Assembly: GCF_003675875.1 (NCBI RefSeq)
Contig: NZ_RCDI01000002.1
Location: forward strand, 124,786-188,785
Direction of reading: 5' to 3'
Length of the DNA stretch: 64,000 nt
Source: Halostella limicola
GTDB lineage: Archaea > Halobacteriota > Halobacteria > Halobacteriales > Natronoarchaeaceae
Below, piece after piece: positions 9,011-18,458 of this stretch; within the stretch, counting starts at the first letter, position 1; every line of letters begins with the position of its first letter. The notes under the pieces are model-generated. The model worked only from the letters and a program-made list of their open reading frames with translations, was not told where the DNA came from and searched no databases. The position numbers and the translations under genes were made by a program.

Positions 9011-10598
9011 CATGGCAGAATCAAATCCCCAGCGACGCATGGGCGGACAGCCGATGTTCGTACTCTCGGAGGACAGCCAGCGGACGCACGGCAAGGACGC
9101 CCAGCAGTCGAACATCGCGGCCGGCAAGGCGGTCAGCGAGGCCGTCCGGACCACGCTCGGCCCGCGGGGCATGGACAAGATGCTCGTCTCCGACGCCGGC
9201 GACGTCGTCATCACGAACGACGGCGCGACAATCCTGCAGGAGATGGACATCGAACACCCCGCCGCCGAGATGATAGTCGAGGTCGCGGAGAGCCAGGAGG
9301 CCGAGGTCGGCGACGGCACGACGACGGCCGCCGTGCTGGCCGGGCAACTGCTCGCGAAAGCCGAGGACCTGCTGGAGGACGACGTCCATCCGACGACCAT
9401 CGTCGAGGGGTACCACGAGGCCGCGGCCATCGCGTCCGAGGCCATAGAGGAGCAGGCGCTCGACGTCGACGTGGACGACGAGCTGCTCGCGCAGGTCGCG
9501 GAGAGCAGCATGACCGGCAAGGGGACCGGCGGCGTCGCCGCCGAGACGCTCGCCGAGCGGGTCGTCGCCGCCGTCCGCCACGCCGAGCGCGACGGGAGCG
9601 TCGACCGCGACGACGTCACAGTCCACACCCGCGTCGGCGCCAGCTCGACGGCCACGGAGCTGATCGAGGGCATCATCCTCGACGAGGACCCCGCCGCCGA
9701 GGGGATGCCGACGAGCGTCGAAGACGCTGCCATCGCCGTCCTCGACGTCGACCTCGAAGTGCGGACGGGCGACGTCGACGCCGAGTACGCCGTCGACTCC
9801 CCCGACCAGCTCGCCGCGGCCATGGAGTCCGAGGAGCGCGAGCTCCGGGGCTACGCGGAGACGATCGACGACGCCGGCGTCGACGTCGTCTTCTCCACCG
9901 GCGACGTCGACGACCGCGTCGCCGCTTACCTCGCCAAGCGCGGCATCCTGGCGTTCGATAGCCTGAGCGACAGCGACGCCACGGGGATCGCCCGCGCGAC
10001 CGGCGCCGGCCGCGTCGGCACGCTGGACGACATCGAGGAGACGGCCTTCGGCTATGCCGACCGCGTCCGCACCGAGACGTACGGCGAGGACGACCTCGCG
10101 TTCATCGAGGGCGGCGAGGCCGCCGAGGCCGTCACCCTGTTCGTCCGCGGCGGCACGGACCACGTCGCCGACGAACTCGAGCGCGCGGTCGAGGACGCGC
10201 TCGACGTGGTGACCGCCGCCATCGAGACGGGCGAGGTCGTCCCCGGCGCGGGCGCGACGGAGATCGCCGTCGCCGACGCCGTCCGCGACGCCGCGACGGG
10301 CACCAGCGGCCGCAAGCAGCTCGCGATCGACGCGTTCGCCGACGCCGTCGACGTGCTCCCGCGCACGCTCGCGGAGAACACCGGGATGGACCCGATCGAC
10401 GCGCTGGTCGACCTGCGGGCCGCCCACGATTCGCAGGGGCGCGCCGGCCTCATCGCCGAGGGCCAGACCGGCGAGGTCGGCGACCCCGTCGACTACGGCA
10501 TCGTCGACCCCGCCGCGGTCAAGAAGGAGGCCGTCGAGTCCGCCACCGAGGCGGCGACGATGATCGCCCGCATCGACGACGTCATCTCGGCGGAGTGA
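9011..10598 (+). CDS. Thermosome subunit (group II chaperonin, Cct/Ths)
   Basis: Carries [18 protein letters not shown] and the [10 protein letters not shown]-binding motif. Length and layout match a chaperonin throughout. Subunit identity (alpha/beta/3) was not resolved. Confidence 0.95.
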
Positions 10599-10610
10599 CG
10601 GCGTAGCGAC

Positions 10611-10622
10611 GCTCGTTTTTTC
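10611..10622 (+). terminator. Oligo-T terminator after thermosome gene
   Basis: gctcgTTTTTT begins 15 bp after the stop. This is the typical archaeal intrinsic terminator. Confidence 0.55.
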
Positions 10623-10644
10623 GCGTCCTGTACCGACGCTCGCG

Positions 10645-10851
10645 CTACTCCTCGACGAGGATAGTCCCCTCCATCCCCGCGCCCTCGTGAGGGATGCAGA
10701 AGAACGGGTGCTCGCCGGGCGTCTCGAACGTCCGGACGTACGACTGGCCCGACTGCACCTCGTCGCCCCCGCCGCTGGAGCATCTCGCCAGCCCGACGCC
10801 GACCGCACCGATCGTCCGCAACAGATCGCGTCTCAGTCGGCGCGTATTTAT
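10645..10851 (-). pseudogene. Halocyanin-like (cupredoxin) relic: Tat/lipobox signal plus C-terminal type-1 copper loop, internally truncated, no canonical start
   Basis: The minus frame reads ...INTRRLRRDLLRTIGAVGVGLARCSSGGGDEVQSGQSYVRTFETPGEHPFFCIPHEGAGMEGTILVEE*. It has a twin-arginine motif and a lipobox-like LARC. The C-terminal C-x-P-H-x3-G-M-x-G-x-I-x-V is a cupredoxin ligand loop. No in-frame ATG or GTG is present. A perfect TATA box (tttatata on minus) lies about 25 bp upstream. Confidence 0.35.
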
Positions 10852-10921
10852 TTCACTATTATATAAAAGAACAAAACCGCCGATCGTTAGTCCGACCTCA
10901 ACATCGGAACTGTTCGGGCGC

Positions 10922-11683
10922 TCACTCGAACGACAGGCGCACGTCGTCCCCGGGTTCGACGCCGAAGGCCTCGTCGCCGCGGCCGCGGTTCACGTCGAGT
11001 TCGACGTTGCCGTGGCTCCCGACGGTGACGAGCCACTGCCCCTGCGGGACGGCGGCGAACGTCTCGCCGACGGGGACGGACTGCCCGTTCACCCGGACCG
11101 ACGCCGCCCCCTCGATCACGTCGCCCGGGACGTTGGTGATGGCGTTCCCGAAGCCGTCGACGACGAGGACTTCGCCGACCACGTCGTCGCCGTCGACCGA
11201 TGGTTCGGGAAAGGAGAGGTCCTCACAGCCGTCGACCGGGGTCAGAGCGTCGAGCGAATCGAGCGCGTCGACGCCGATACGGTGGACGTCCGCGGCGGCC
11301 GGCGCGAACACGTCGCGGCCGTGAAAGGTGCTGCTGCGGGCGTCCTCGTCGTCGATCTCGAAGACCTCGATCCCGTCGCTCTCGCCGGCGAGTTCGCGGG
11401 CCGCGGGGACGAGCACCCCGTTGTCCGGCCCGACGAGCGCGTGGTCGCCGGCGCGGACGACGACGGCGGCGCGGTCGGTGCCGACGCCGGGATCGACGAC
11501 GACGAGGTGGACCGCCGGCGGGAACCAGGGGAGCACCTCCCGCAGCCAGAACGCCGCCGCGCGTACGTCCTGCCGCGGGAAGTCGTGGGCCACGTCGACC
11601 AGTTGCGCCTCCGTCCGGTCGAGGATCACTCCCTTCATCGCCGCGGGGTACGGCGTCCCGAAGTCCGACGCGAGCGTTATCAT
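10922..11683 (-). CDS. SAM hydroxide adenosyltransferase family protein (DUF62, fluorinase/chlorinase-like)
   Basis: The N-terminus is MITLASDFG. DPGVGT and VPDNG motifs are present. A C-terminal beta-barrel domain follows. Confidence 0.8.
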   Translation of the reverse strand: MITLASDFGTPYPAAMKGVILDRTEAQLVDVAHDFPRQDVRAAAFWLREVLPWFPPAVHLVVVDPGVGTDRAAVVVRAGDHALVGPDNGVLVPAARELAGESDGIEVFEIDDEDARSSTFHGRDVFAPAAADVHRIGVDALDSLDALTPVDGCEDLSFPEPSVDGDDVVGEVLVVDGFGNAITNVPGDVIEGAASVRVNGQSVPVGETFAAVPQGQWLVTVGSHGNVELDVNRGRGDEAFGVEPGDDVRLSFE

Positions 11684-11839
11684 GGGCGGGGATTGCGGCG
11701 CCGGAGGCAAATATGGCACTCTTCGCCGCCGCCGTCGCGGTCGCTCGGTGCCAGGGCGATCCCCGCAAGCCGGGTCGGGACGCCCTCGCGAGACGGTCTC
11801 GGGGCGCCCCCGCGATCCGGAAGGCCGCGCGAACCGACC

Positions 11840-12358
11840 TCAGCCCCCGTTGCTGTCCGACTCGCTCACGCGCTGGATCCGCTCGATGCCGTCTATCTCC
11901 TCGACGACTTCCACGACGGGGTCGGGCAGCAGCGGTCGCCAGTTCTCCCCCTTGATCATGCGCTCTCGGACCTCCGTCCCCTCCAGCACCTCGCGGTTGA
12001 ACATCGGGGACTGGCGGACCTCGACGCCGGCCTCGTCGAACAGCTGGATGACGAGGGGGTTGTTCGAGTACGCCACGTCGAAGTCCGGGCTCATGCTCTG
12101 GACGTGGCTGACCCACACGGAGTTGCGCTCCAGGTCCTCGATGGGGACGGCGTACGTCACCAGGTCGACGTCCACCAGCGACTTCGTCACCATCATGATG
12201 CGCTCGCCCGCCGTGAAGGGGTCGTGCTTGCTGTGGGAGTCGCCCGCGCTCCCGATGCCGAGGACGAGTTCGTCGACGTCTTCGGCGATCTCCCTGACCA
12301 TGTTGTGGTGGCCGTTGTGGAAGGGCTGGAAGCGGCCGATGTAGAAGCCCCGTATCAT
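11840..12358 (-). CDS. nadM: Nicotinamide-nucleotide adenylyltransferase (archaeal NMNAT)
   Basis: The GRFQPFHNGH nucleotidyltransferase (H/T)xGH motif is present. The 172-aa length is typical of the archaeal enzyme. Confidence 0.9.
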   Translation of the reverse strand: MIRGFYIGRFQPFHNGHHNMVREIAEDVDELVLGIGSAGDSHSKHDPFTAGERIMMVTKSLVDVDLVTYAVPIEDLERNSVWVSHVQSMSPDFDVAYSNNPLVIQLFDEAGVEVRQSPMFNREVLEGTEVRERMIKGENWRPLLPDPVVEVVEEIDGIERIQRVSESDSNGG

Positions 12359-12526
12359 CGTTCGTACTTGCCATCCAGGGATTTATAAGGGTGGCGAGTC
12401 GCCGGAGAGAGACATCACGAGCAATAGAGGGCCTGAAGTACCGGTATAACGGCAATGGGCGGACGACGGGAGAGGGGAGAAAGTATATCAGTACTCCACC
12501 CTTCCAATTATCCAGTAAAGCATTCT

Positions 12527-14656
12527 ATGAGTAACGACACGGACCCAGACGACGTTCCCTCCGAACAGGAGGGTCGCGAGCCCGGAGAGGGCGTCGACGC
12601 TCCCCGAGAGCGGGAAGCGGTCGACCCCGACCCGGACGAGAGCTCGGAGACCGTCGACGATCCGCCCGCGACGCGGGCGGGCGTCGGGGCGGACGAGGAC
12701 ACCGACGACGACCCGCTGAGCGACCTCGGTAGCGAGGTCGACTCGGAGATCGTCGACGACGACGCTGAGGACAACCTCCTCGGCGGACTCCAGATAGAGT
12801 CGACCGAAGACATCGACGTGCCCAACCAGCTCGTCGACCAGGTGATCGGGCAGGACAACGCTCGGGACATCGTCAAGAAGGCGGCGAAGCAGCGCCGCCA
12901 CGTGATGATGATCGGCACCCCCGGGACGGGGAAGTCGATGCTCGCCAAGGCGATGAGCGAACTCCTCCCCAAGGAGGACCTGCAGGACGTGCTCGTCTAC
13001 CACAACCCCGACGACGGGAACGAGCCGAAGGTGCGGACGGTTCCCGCGGGCAAGGGCGAGCAGATCGTCGAGGCCCACAAGGACGAGGCCCGGAAGAAGA
13101 ACCGGATGCGCTCGTTCCTGATGTGGATCATCATCGCGATCGTCCTCGGCTACACGCTGCTTTCCCGCGCAAGCATCCTGCTGGGCATCCTCGCGGCGGG
13201 CGTCGTCTACCTCGCCTTCCGCTACAGCAACCGCGGCAGCGACGCGATGATCCCGAACCTCATCGTCAACGCCGCCGACGAGCAGACCGCGCCGTTCGAG
13301 GACGCGACCGGCGCGCACGCCGGCGCGCTGCTTGGCGACGTCCGCCACGACCCGTTCCAGTCCGGCGGCATGGAGACGCCCAGCCACGACCGCGTCGAAC
13401 CCGGCGCGATCCACAAGGCGAACAAGGGCGTCCTCTTCGTCGACGAGATCAACACCCTCGACATCCGCTCCCAGCAGAAGCTGATGACCGCGATCCAGGA
13501 GGGCGAGTTCTCGATCACGGGCCAGTCCGAGCGCTCCTCGGGCGCGATGGTCCAGACCGAGCCCGTCCCCTGTGACTTCATCATGATCGCGGCGGGGAAC
13601 CTCGACGCGATGGAGAACATGCACCCCGCGCTCCGCTCCCGGATCAAGGGGTACGGGTACGAGGTGTACATGGACGACACCATCGAGGACACGCCCGAGA
13701 TGCGCCGCAAGTACGCGCGGTTCATCGCGCAGGAGGTCGAGAAGGACGGCCGCCTGCCCCACTACACGCCCGAGGCCATCGAGGAGGTCATCCTCGAAGC
13801 CAAGCGCCGCGCGGGTCGCAAGGGCCACCTGACGCTGAAGCTCCGCGACCTCGGCGGGCTCGTCCGCGTCGCGGGCGACATCGCCCGCGCCGAGGACGCC
13901 GAGTTCACCACCCGGGACCACGTGCTCCAGGCCAAGCGCCGCAGTCGTTCGATCGAGCAGCAGCTCGCCGACGACTACATCCAGCGCCGCAAGGACTACG
14001 AGCTAACCGTCTCCGAGGGCGACGTGGTCGGCCGCGTCAACGGGCTCGCCGTCATGGGCGAGGACAGCGGTATCGTCCTCCCCGTCATGGCCGAGGTCAC
14101 CCCCTCGCAGGGTCCCGGCCAAGTGATCGCCACCGGGAAGCTTCAGGAGATGGCCGAGGAGGCGGTCCAGAACGTCTCCGCCATCATCAAGAAGTTCTCC
14201 GACGAGGACATCTCGGAGAAGGACGTCCACATCCAGTTCGTCCAGGCGGGCCAGCAGGGCGTCGACGGCGACTCCGCCTCCATCACGGTGGCGACGGCCG
14301 TCATCTCCGCGCTGGAGAACGCCCCCGTCAGGCAGGATCTCGCGATGACCGGATCGCTCTCCGTCCGCGGCGACGTGCTGCCGGTCGGCGGCGTCACCCA
14401 CAAGATCGAGGCGGCCGCGAAGGCCGGCCTCGACACCGTCATCATCCCGGCCGCCAACGAGCAGGACGTGATGATCGAGGAGGAGTACGAGGAGCAGATC
14501 GAGATCGTCCCCGTCACTCACCTCAGCGAAGTGCTGGAAGTCGCGCTGGCCGGCGAGACCGAGAAGGACGGCCTCGTCGACCGCATCAAGAGCATCACCG
14601 GCTCGGCGCTGGAACACCAGGTCGGCCGCGGTAGCTCCAGTCCCAGTCCGCAGTAA
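12527..14656 (+). CDS. lonB: Archaeal membrane-bound ATP-dependent Lon protease (LonB)
   Basis: Has Walker A (GTPGTGKS) and a membrane-insertion loop within the AAA domain. The C-terminal Ser-Lys protease domain carries DGDSAS. The start is chosen at MSNDTDPDD. Confidence 0.95.
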   Translation: MSNDTDPDDVPSEQEGREPGEGVDAPREREAVDPDPDESSETVDDPPATRAGVGADEDTDDDPLSDLGSEVDSEIVDDDAEDNLLGGLQIESTEDIDVPNQLVDQVIGQDNARDIVKKAAKQRRHVMMIGTPGTGKSMLAKAMSELLPKEDLQDVLVYHNPDDGNEPKVRTVPAGKGEQIVEAHKDEARKKNRMRSFLMWIIIAIVLGYTLLSRASILLGILAAGVVYLAFRYSNRGSDAMIPNLIVNAADEQTAPFEDATGAHAGALLGDVRHDPFQSGGMETPSHDRVEPGAIHKANKGVLFVDEINTLDIRSQQKLMTAIQEGEFSITGQSERSSGAMVQTEPVPCDFIMIAAGNLDAMENMHPALRSRIKGYGYEVYMDDTIEDTPEMRRKYARFIAQEVEKDGRLPHYTPEAIEEVILEAKRRAGRKGHLTLKLRDLGGLVRVAGDIARAEDAEFTTRDHVLQAKRRSRSIEQQLADDYIQRRKDYELTVSEGDVVGRVNGLAVMGEDSGIVLPVMAEVTPSQGPGQVIATGKLQEMAEEAVQNVSAIIKKFSDEDISEKDVHIQFVQAGQQGVDGDSASITVATAVISALENAPVRQDLAMTGSLSVRGDVLPVGGVTHKIEAAAKAGLDTVIIPAANEQDVMIEEEYEEQIEIVPVTHLSEVLEVALAGETEKDGLVDRIKSITGSALEHQVGRGSSSPSPQ

Positions 14657-14658
14657 GC

Positions 14659-15642
14659 GTGGCCGACTGGGCCGCCTTCACGGGCGTCACCTTCGTCGTT
14701 CTCTCTCTTTTGTTGCTGCTGTCCCGAGCGACGCGGACGGCGATGACCGACGAGAGCGGGTCGATCACCGCGCCGACCGAGGAGCGGGACCTGCTCGCCA
14801 GCGACGCCGCGGACGATCCGTCTGCGAAAGCCCCCGATCGGTCGTCCGCGGAAACCGTCGGCGACTCGCCGGAGCGCGCCGAACCGACGGCCGAGACCGA
14901 CGGGACGCCCGAACCGGGCGCGACGGCCGACCCCGACGCGGCGGCTACGACGGGGCGAGCGGCGGAGAACCCGCAGAACCCGTTCCCGCCCGGGTCGCCG
15001 TCCCACGAGACGCTGTCGCCCGACGACGACCCCGAGTTCTCGACCGGCGCCTTGCTCGTGAACGTCGCGCTCTCGCAGGGGCTGTTCGGGTCGCTGCTGG
15101 TCGCGGCGGCGTGGTACACCGGCGTCCCCGCGTCGGCGTTCGGGATCGAGCCGACGCCGGCGAGCACGGGCTGGGCGGCCCTCGCCGTCGGCGTCGCCGC
15201 CGGCGTCGCCCTCTACGTGGCCAACGAGGTCGCCGCCGCCGCGCTCGACCGCGTCGGCGTCGAGAGCAACGAGGAACTCCGCGACGTGCTCGCCCCCGAC
15301 TCCGCGGCGGGGTGGGCGGTGCTGCTCGGGGTCGTCCTCCCCGTCATCGCGGCGTTCGAGGAGTTCCTCTTCCGCGCTGCGGTCGTCGGCGCCGTCTCGA
15401 CCGGCTTCGCCGTCTCGCCGTGGGCGATGGCGGTCGTCTCCACCGCCGCGTTCGCGCTCGGCCACGGGATGCAGGGGCCGGGCGGCGTCGTCGTCACCGG
15501 GACGCTCGGGTTCGTGCTGGCGGCGCTGTTCATCGTCACGGGGAGCTTCCTCGCCGTCGTCGTCGCCCACTACCTCGTCAACGCCCTGGAGTTCGCCGTC
15601 CACGAGGGGCTGGGCGTCGACCGGGGCGGGATGGCCGGCTGA
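14659..15642 (+). CDS. CPBP family intramembrane glutamic endopeptidase (CAAX protease/Abi)
   Basis: EEFLFRAAV and FALGHG motifs are present. It is multi-TM. It starts 2 bp after the lonB stop, which suggests co-transcription or translational coupling. Confidence 0.85.
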   Translation: MADWAAFTGVTFVVLSLLLLLSRATRTAMTDESGSITAPTEERDLLASDAADDPSAKAPDRSSAETVGDSPERAEPTAETDGTPEPGATADPDAAATTGRAAENPQNPFPPGSPSHETLSPDDDPEFSTGALLVNVALSQGLFGSLLVAAAWYTGVPASAFGIEPTPASTGWAALAVGVAAGVALYVANEVAAAALDRVGVESNEELRDVLAPDSAAGWAVLLGVVLPVIAAFEEFLFRAAVVGAVSTGFAVSPWAMAVVSTAAFALGHGMQGPGGVVVTGTLGFVLAALFIVTGSFLAVVVAHYLVNALEFAVHEGLGVDRGGMAG

Positions 15643-15670
15643 GTGCACAAGCTACTTCCGGTCGCTGGGA

Positions 15671-16036
15671 GTGCTATCGCCCATGCGCTCGCCCCGGGAG
15701 TTCCTCGACGTCCGCGCGCTGACCGTCGCCGCCGGCGTCCTCTATCTGATAATCGCCGCGTACGCGCTGGCGACGGGCGACGCGGCCGCGAACTCCCTGA
15801 CCGACCTCGCGTTCTCGCTAGTGATGGTCGGTTTCGGCGTCCTGCTTCGCGTTCGTAACCCCGACGAGATGGGGCTGCGCGTCGCCGGCGGCCTGTTCGT
15901 CCTCACGGGGCTCTCGCAGGGGTACCTGCTGCTCGCCGACGACGCCCCCTACGGCGGCGGCGCGGTGAGCCTCCTCGCGCTGGCGGCGTTCTCGCTGTAC
16001 CTGTTCGAGATGTTCGTGCGGCCGCGCCTGGGGTAG
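15671..16036 (+). CDS. Small integral membrane protein (4 predicted TM helices)
   Basis: Hydrophobic 121-aa ORF. Its stop abuts the stop of the convergent gene. Confidence 0.5.
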   Translation: MLSPMRSPREFLDVRALTVAAGVLYLIIAAYALATGDAAANSLTDLAFSLVMVGFGVLLRVRNPDEMGLRVAGGLFVLTGLSQGYLLLADDAPYGGGAVSLLALAAFSLYLFEMFVRPRLG

Positions 16037-16037
16037 G

Positions 16038-16496
16038 CTACAGCCCCTCGAGCGACCGCAGTCGCTGTTCGACCGGCGGCGAGGCGGCGCTGGGGCCGTC
16101 GCGCACGCGGTGGTCGGGGATGAGCAGCGGCGCGGGGTTCTCGGCGAGGGCGGTCCGCACCGTCCGCTGGTCCTCTTCCTCGTCGCCGGAGAGGCCCGGC
16201 GTCATGCGCGCGACCGCCTCGACGGTCATCTGCTCGCCGTAGGGCAGGTCGCGGACGGTCTCTAGCACCGTCCGCTGGTCGGTCGGCACCGTCAGCGCGA
16301 TCTGGACGTCGGCGAAGTCGTCCTCCTCGCCGCCGAGGTAGGCGAACACCCGGTCGAGCAGGTCGTGCTCCTCCTCGGCGTTGCCCTCGGGCGCGTCCGG
16401 GAACGAGACGTTCACGACCCGCCCGCTGGCGATCCCCAGCTGGACGTACCGTTCGAGGTACGGCGACTCCCGCGCGTAGATGCCGGCGTCTTCCAT
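16038..16496 (-). CDS. MGMT-fold (methylated-DNA-protein-cysteine methyltransferase-like) protein with Asp in place of active-site Cys
   Basis: The C-terminal sequence NPAPLLIPDHRV matches the Ogt/MGMT N..NP...IPCHRV motif, except for Cys to Asp at the catalytic position. Confidence 0.6.
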   Translation of the reverse strand: MEDAGIYARESPYLERYVQLGIASGRVVNVSFPDAPEGNAEEEHDLLDRVFAYLGGEEDDFADVQIALTVPTDQRTVLETVRDLPYGEQMTVEAVARMTPGLSGDEEEDQRTVRTALAENPAPLLIPDHRVRDGPSAASPPVEQRLRSLEGL

Positions 16497-16740
16497 GTGC
16501 TGGAAATGTGCCGACGCCGACTTGAAGATTCGCCCGTGGACGCGGGACGCGCCGGACCGCCGGCCGAGCGTCGCGGGCGAAGATACAATGCCGCTCCTGT
16601 CGAGGGCTACTCCGGGGGGAAGACTGTATGTTAGCTATCGTCGCCGCCGGACGAGAGTCGGGCGGAACGGCGGTCGAACGGGCGGACGAACCGGGACGCG
16701 AACTACCCACGGCAGAGCGCTCCGATAGGGGGGTGTCGCC

Positions 16741-17523
16741 GTGAACCCGGACCCGGACGGTCCGGTGCGCGACGACCCGCCCACGGCCGCGGACGTGCGT
16801 GCCGACCGGCCGACCGGGGTCGGCGTCGTCACCGCGGAGCGAGCCGGCCTCGCGGTCATCGGCGGAACCCTCGTGCTCGCCGGGCTCAGACGGCGGTCGC
16901 TCGGCGGCGCGGCGCTGGCGGCCGCGGGCGGCTGGCTGGCGTACCGCAGCATCAGGGGATCGAGACCGGACACGGGGGCGACGGTCGCCGACGCCTCGGT
17001 TCTCGGCAGCGACGACACCGGCGCGCCCGCCGACGCCGTGGAGGTGGAACGTTCCGTCACCGTCGGCCGGCCGGCGGAGGAACTCCACGAGATGTGGCGC
17101 GACCCGGACCAACTGGCGCGGATCATGGCACACTTCGCCGACGTGTCGCCCGCCGGCGAGAACCGCCAGCACTGGGAAGTTCGCGGGCCGCTCGGCCGGG
17201 TGCTCGCGTGGGACTCGCGAATCGTGAAGGACCGACCCGGCGAACTCGTCGAGTGGGAGTCGCTTCCGGGCGCGACGGTGCCGAACGAGGGGTCGGTGCG
17301 CTTCGACGAGACGGCGAGCGAGCGGGGGACGGAGGTGACCGTCCGCTTCCGGTTCGACCCGCCGGGGGGTCCGGCGGGCGACGCCGCGATGGAGGTCCTT
17401 GACGTCGTGCCAGAGACGATCGCCGAGAAGTCGCTCGACCGCTTCAAGAGCCTCGCCGAGACGGGCGAGATACCGACGCTCGAAAAGAACCCGTCGGCGC
17501 GCGGGAAGGGCGACCTGTTCTGA
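16741..17523 (+). CDS. Membrane-anchored SRPBCC (polyketide cyclase/dehydrase-like) domain protein
   Basis: The N-terminal ~90 aa contain two hydrophobic helices. The C-terminal ~160 aa have a START/Bet v1-like pattern. A GTG start is assumed. Confidence 0.55.
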   Translation: MNPDPDGPVRDDPPTAADVRADRPTGVGVVTAERAGLAVIGGTLVLAGLRRRSLGGAALAAAGGWLAYRSIRGSRPDTGATVADASVLGSDDTGAPADAVEVERSVTVGRPAEELHEMWRDPDQLARIMAHFADVSPAGENRQHWEVRGPLGRVLAWDSRIVKDRPGELVEWESLPGATVPNEGSVRFDETASERGTEVTVRFRFDPPGGPAGDAAMEVLDVVPETIAEKSLDRFKSLAETGEIPTLEKNPSARGKGDLF

Positions 17524-17663
17524 GCGGCGGCCGCCGAATCGCCCGCCGTGAGGGCGTCATCCGGCCGCTTCGGTTCTTGCTCCCATCTCCGTATCGCCTC
17601 ACACGCCGACGAGACCACGTCCCGTGCGCAAGCCTTATGTACAAATCCGTCCGTTAATGTACG

Positions 17664-18458
17664 ATGATGAACGCCGAAGAGGTCGCGCCGGCGGTGCGGT
17701 CCATCCTGGACGCCGCCGGAGAGCGCGGCGACGAGGACCGGGAGCGCGTCGAGGTCGACGCCCGCTCGCTGCCGGACGCGCTGGCGGCCGCGGAGGCCGA
17801 CGGCCGCGTGCCGGTGATAGCCGAGGTAAAGCCGACGAGCCCGACGACCGAGGGAACGACCGACGCGGACCCGGTCGAACTGGCGAGGGCGATGGTCGAC
17901 GGCGGCGCGGCCGCGCTGTCGGTGCTGACCGAACCCGAGCACTTCGACGGGTCGCCGGAGAACCTCCGGCGCGTGCGCGAGGCGGTGGACGTGCCCGTCC
18001 TGCGCAAGGACTTCGTCCTGCGCGAGGCGCAGCTCGACGCGGTCGCGGCGGACGTCGTCTTGCTCATCGCGCGGTTCGTCGACGACGACCTCGCGGACCT
18101 GATCGAAGCGGCCCACGACCGCGGGTTCCAGGTCCTCGTGGAGGTCCACACCCGCGAGGAACTGGAGCGGGCGGTCGACGCGGGCGCGGACGTGGTCGGC
18201 GTGAACAACCGCGACCTCGCGAAGCTGGAGGTCGACCTGAGCACGTTCGAGCGCGTCGCGGGAGCGGCCCCGCGAGGCGTGACGCTCATTGCCGAGAGCG
18301 GCATAGCGACGCGAGACGACGTGACGCGGATGCGCGCGGCGGGCGCGGACGGCCTGCTCGTCGGGTCCGCGATTATGGACGGGGTTCGGGACGCCGACGG
18401 CGAGACCGCGGCGGAGACCGACCTCGTCCGCGACAACACGGAGCGACTGACACGATGA
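17664..18458 (+). CDS. trpC: Indole-3-glycerol phosphate synthase
   Basis: IAEVK, LRKDF and VGVNNRDL motifs are present. Its stop overlaps the trpB start (ATGA). Confidence 0.9.
   Translation: MMNAEEVAPAVRSILDAAGERGDEDRERVEVDARSLPDALAAAEADGRVPVIAEVKPTSPTTEGTTDADPVELARAMVDGGAAALSVLTEPEHFDGSPENLRRVREAVDVPVLRKDFVLREAQLDAVAADVVLLIARFVDDDLADLIEAAHDRGFQVLVEVHTREELERAVDAGADVVGVNNRDLAKLEVDLSTFERVAGAAPRGVTLIAESGIATRDDVTRMRAAGADGLLVGSAIMDGVRDADGETAAETDLVRDNTERLTR

Noticed and set aside
9021-10808. 595-aa ORF antisense to the thermosome gene. Similar very long antisense or overlapping ORFs occur at 59765-61876, 61936-63969, 50616-52436, 11223-12455, 14518-15648, 17624-19696 and 27263-29359.
   Set aside because: Their products are Arg/Gly/Ala/Pro-rich low-complexity sequences. 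These are typical of stop-codon-poor alternative frames in 68% GC DNA. Each fully overlaps a gene with clear family motifs on the other frame or strand.
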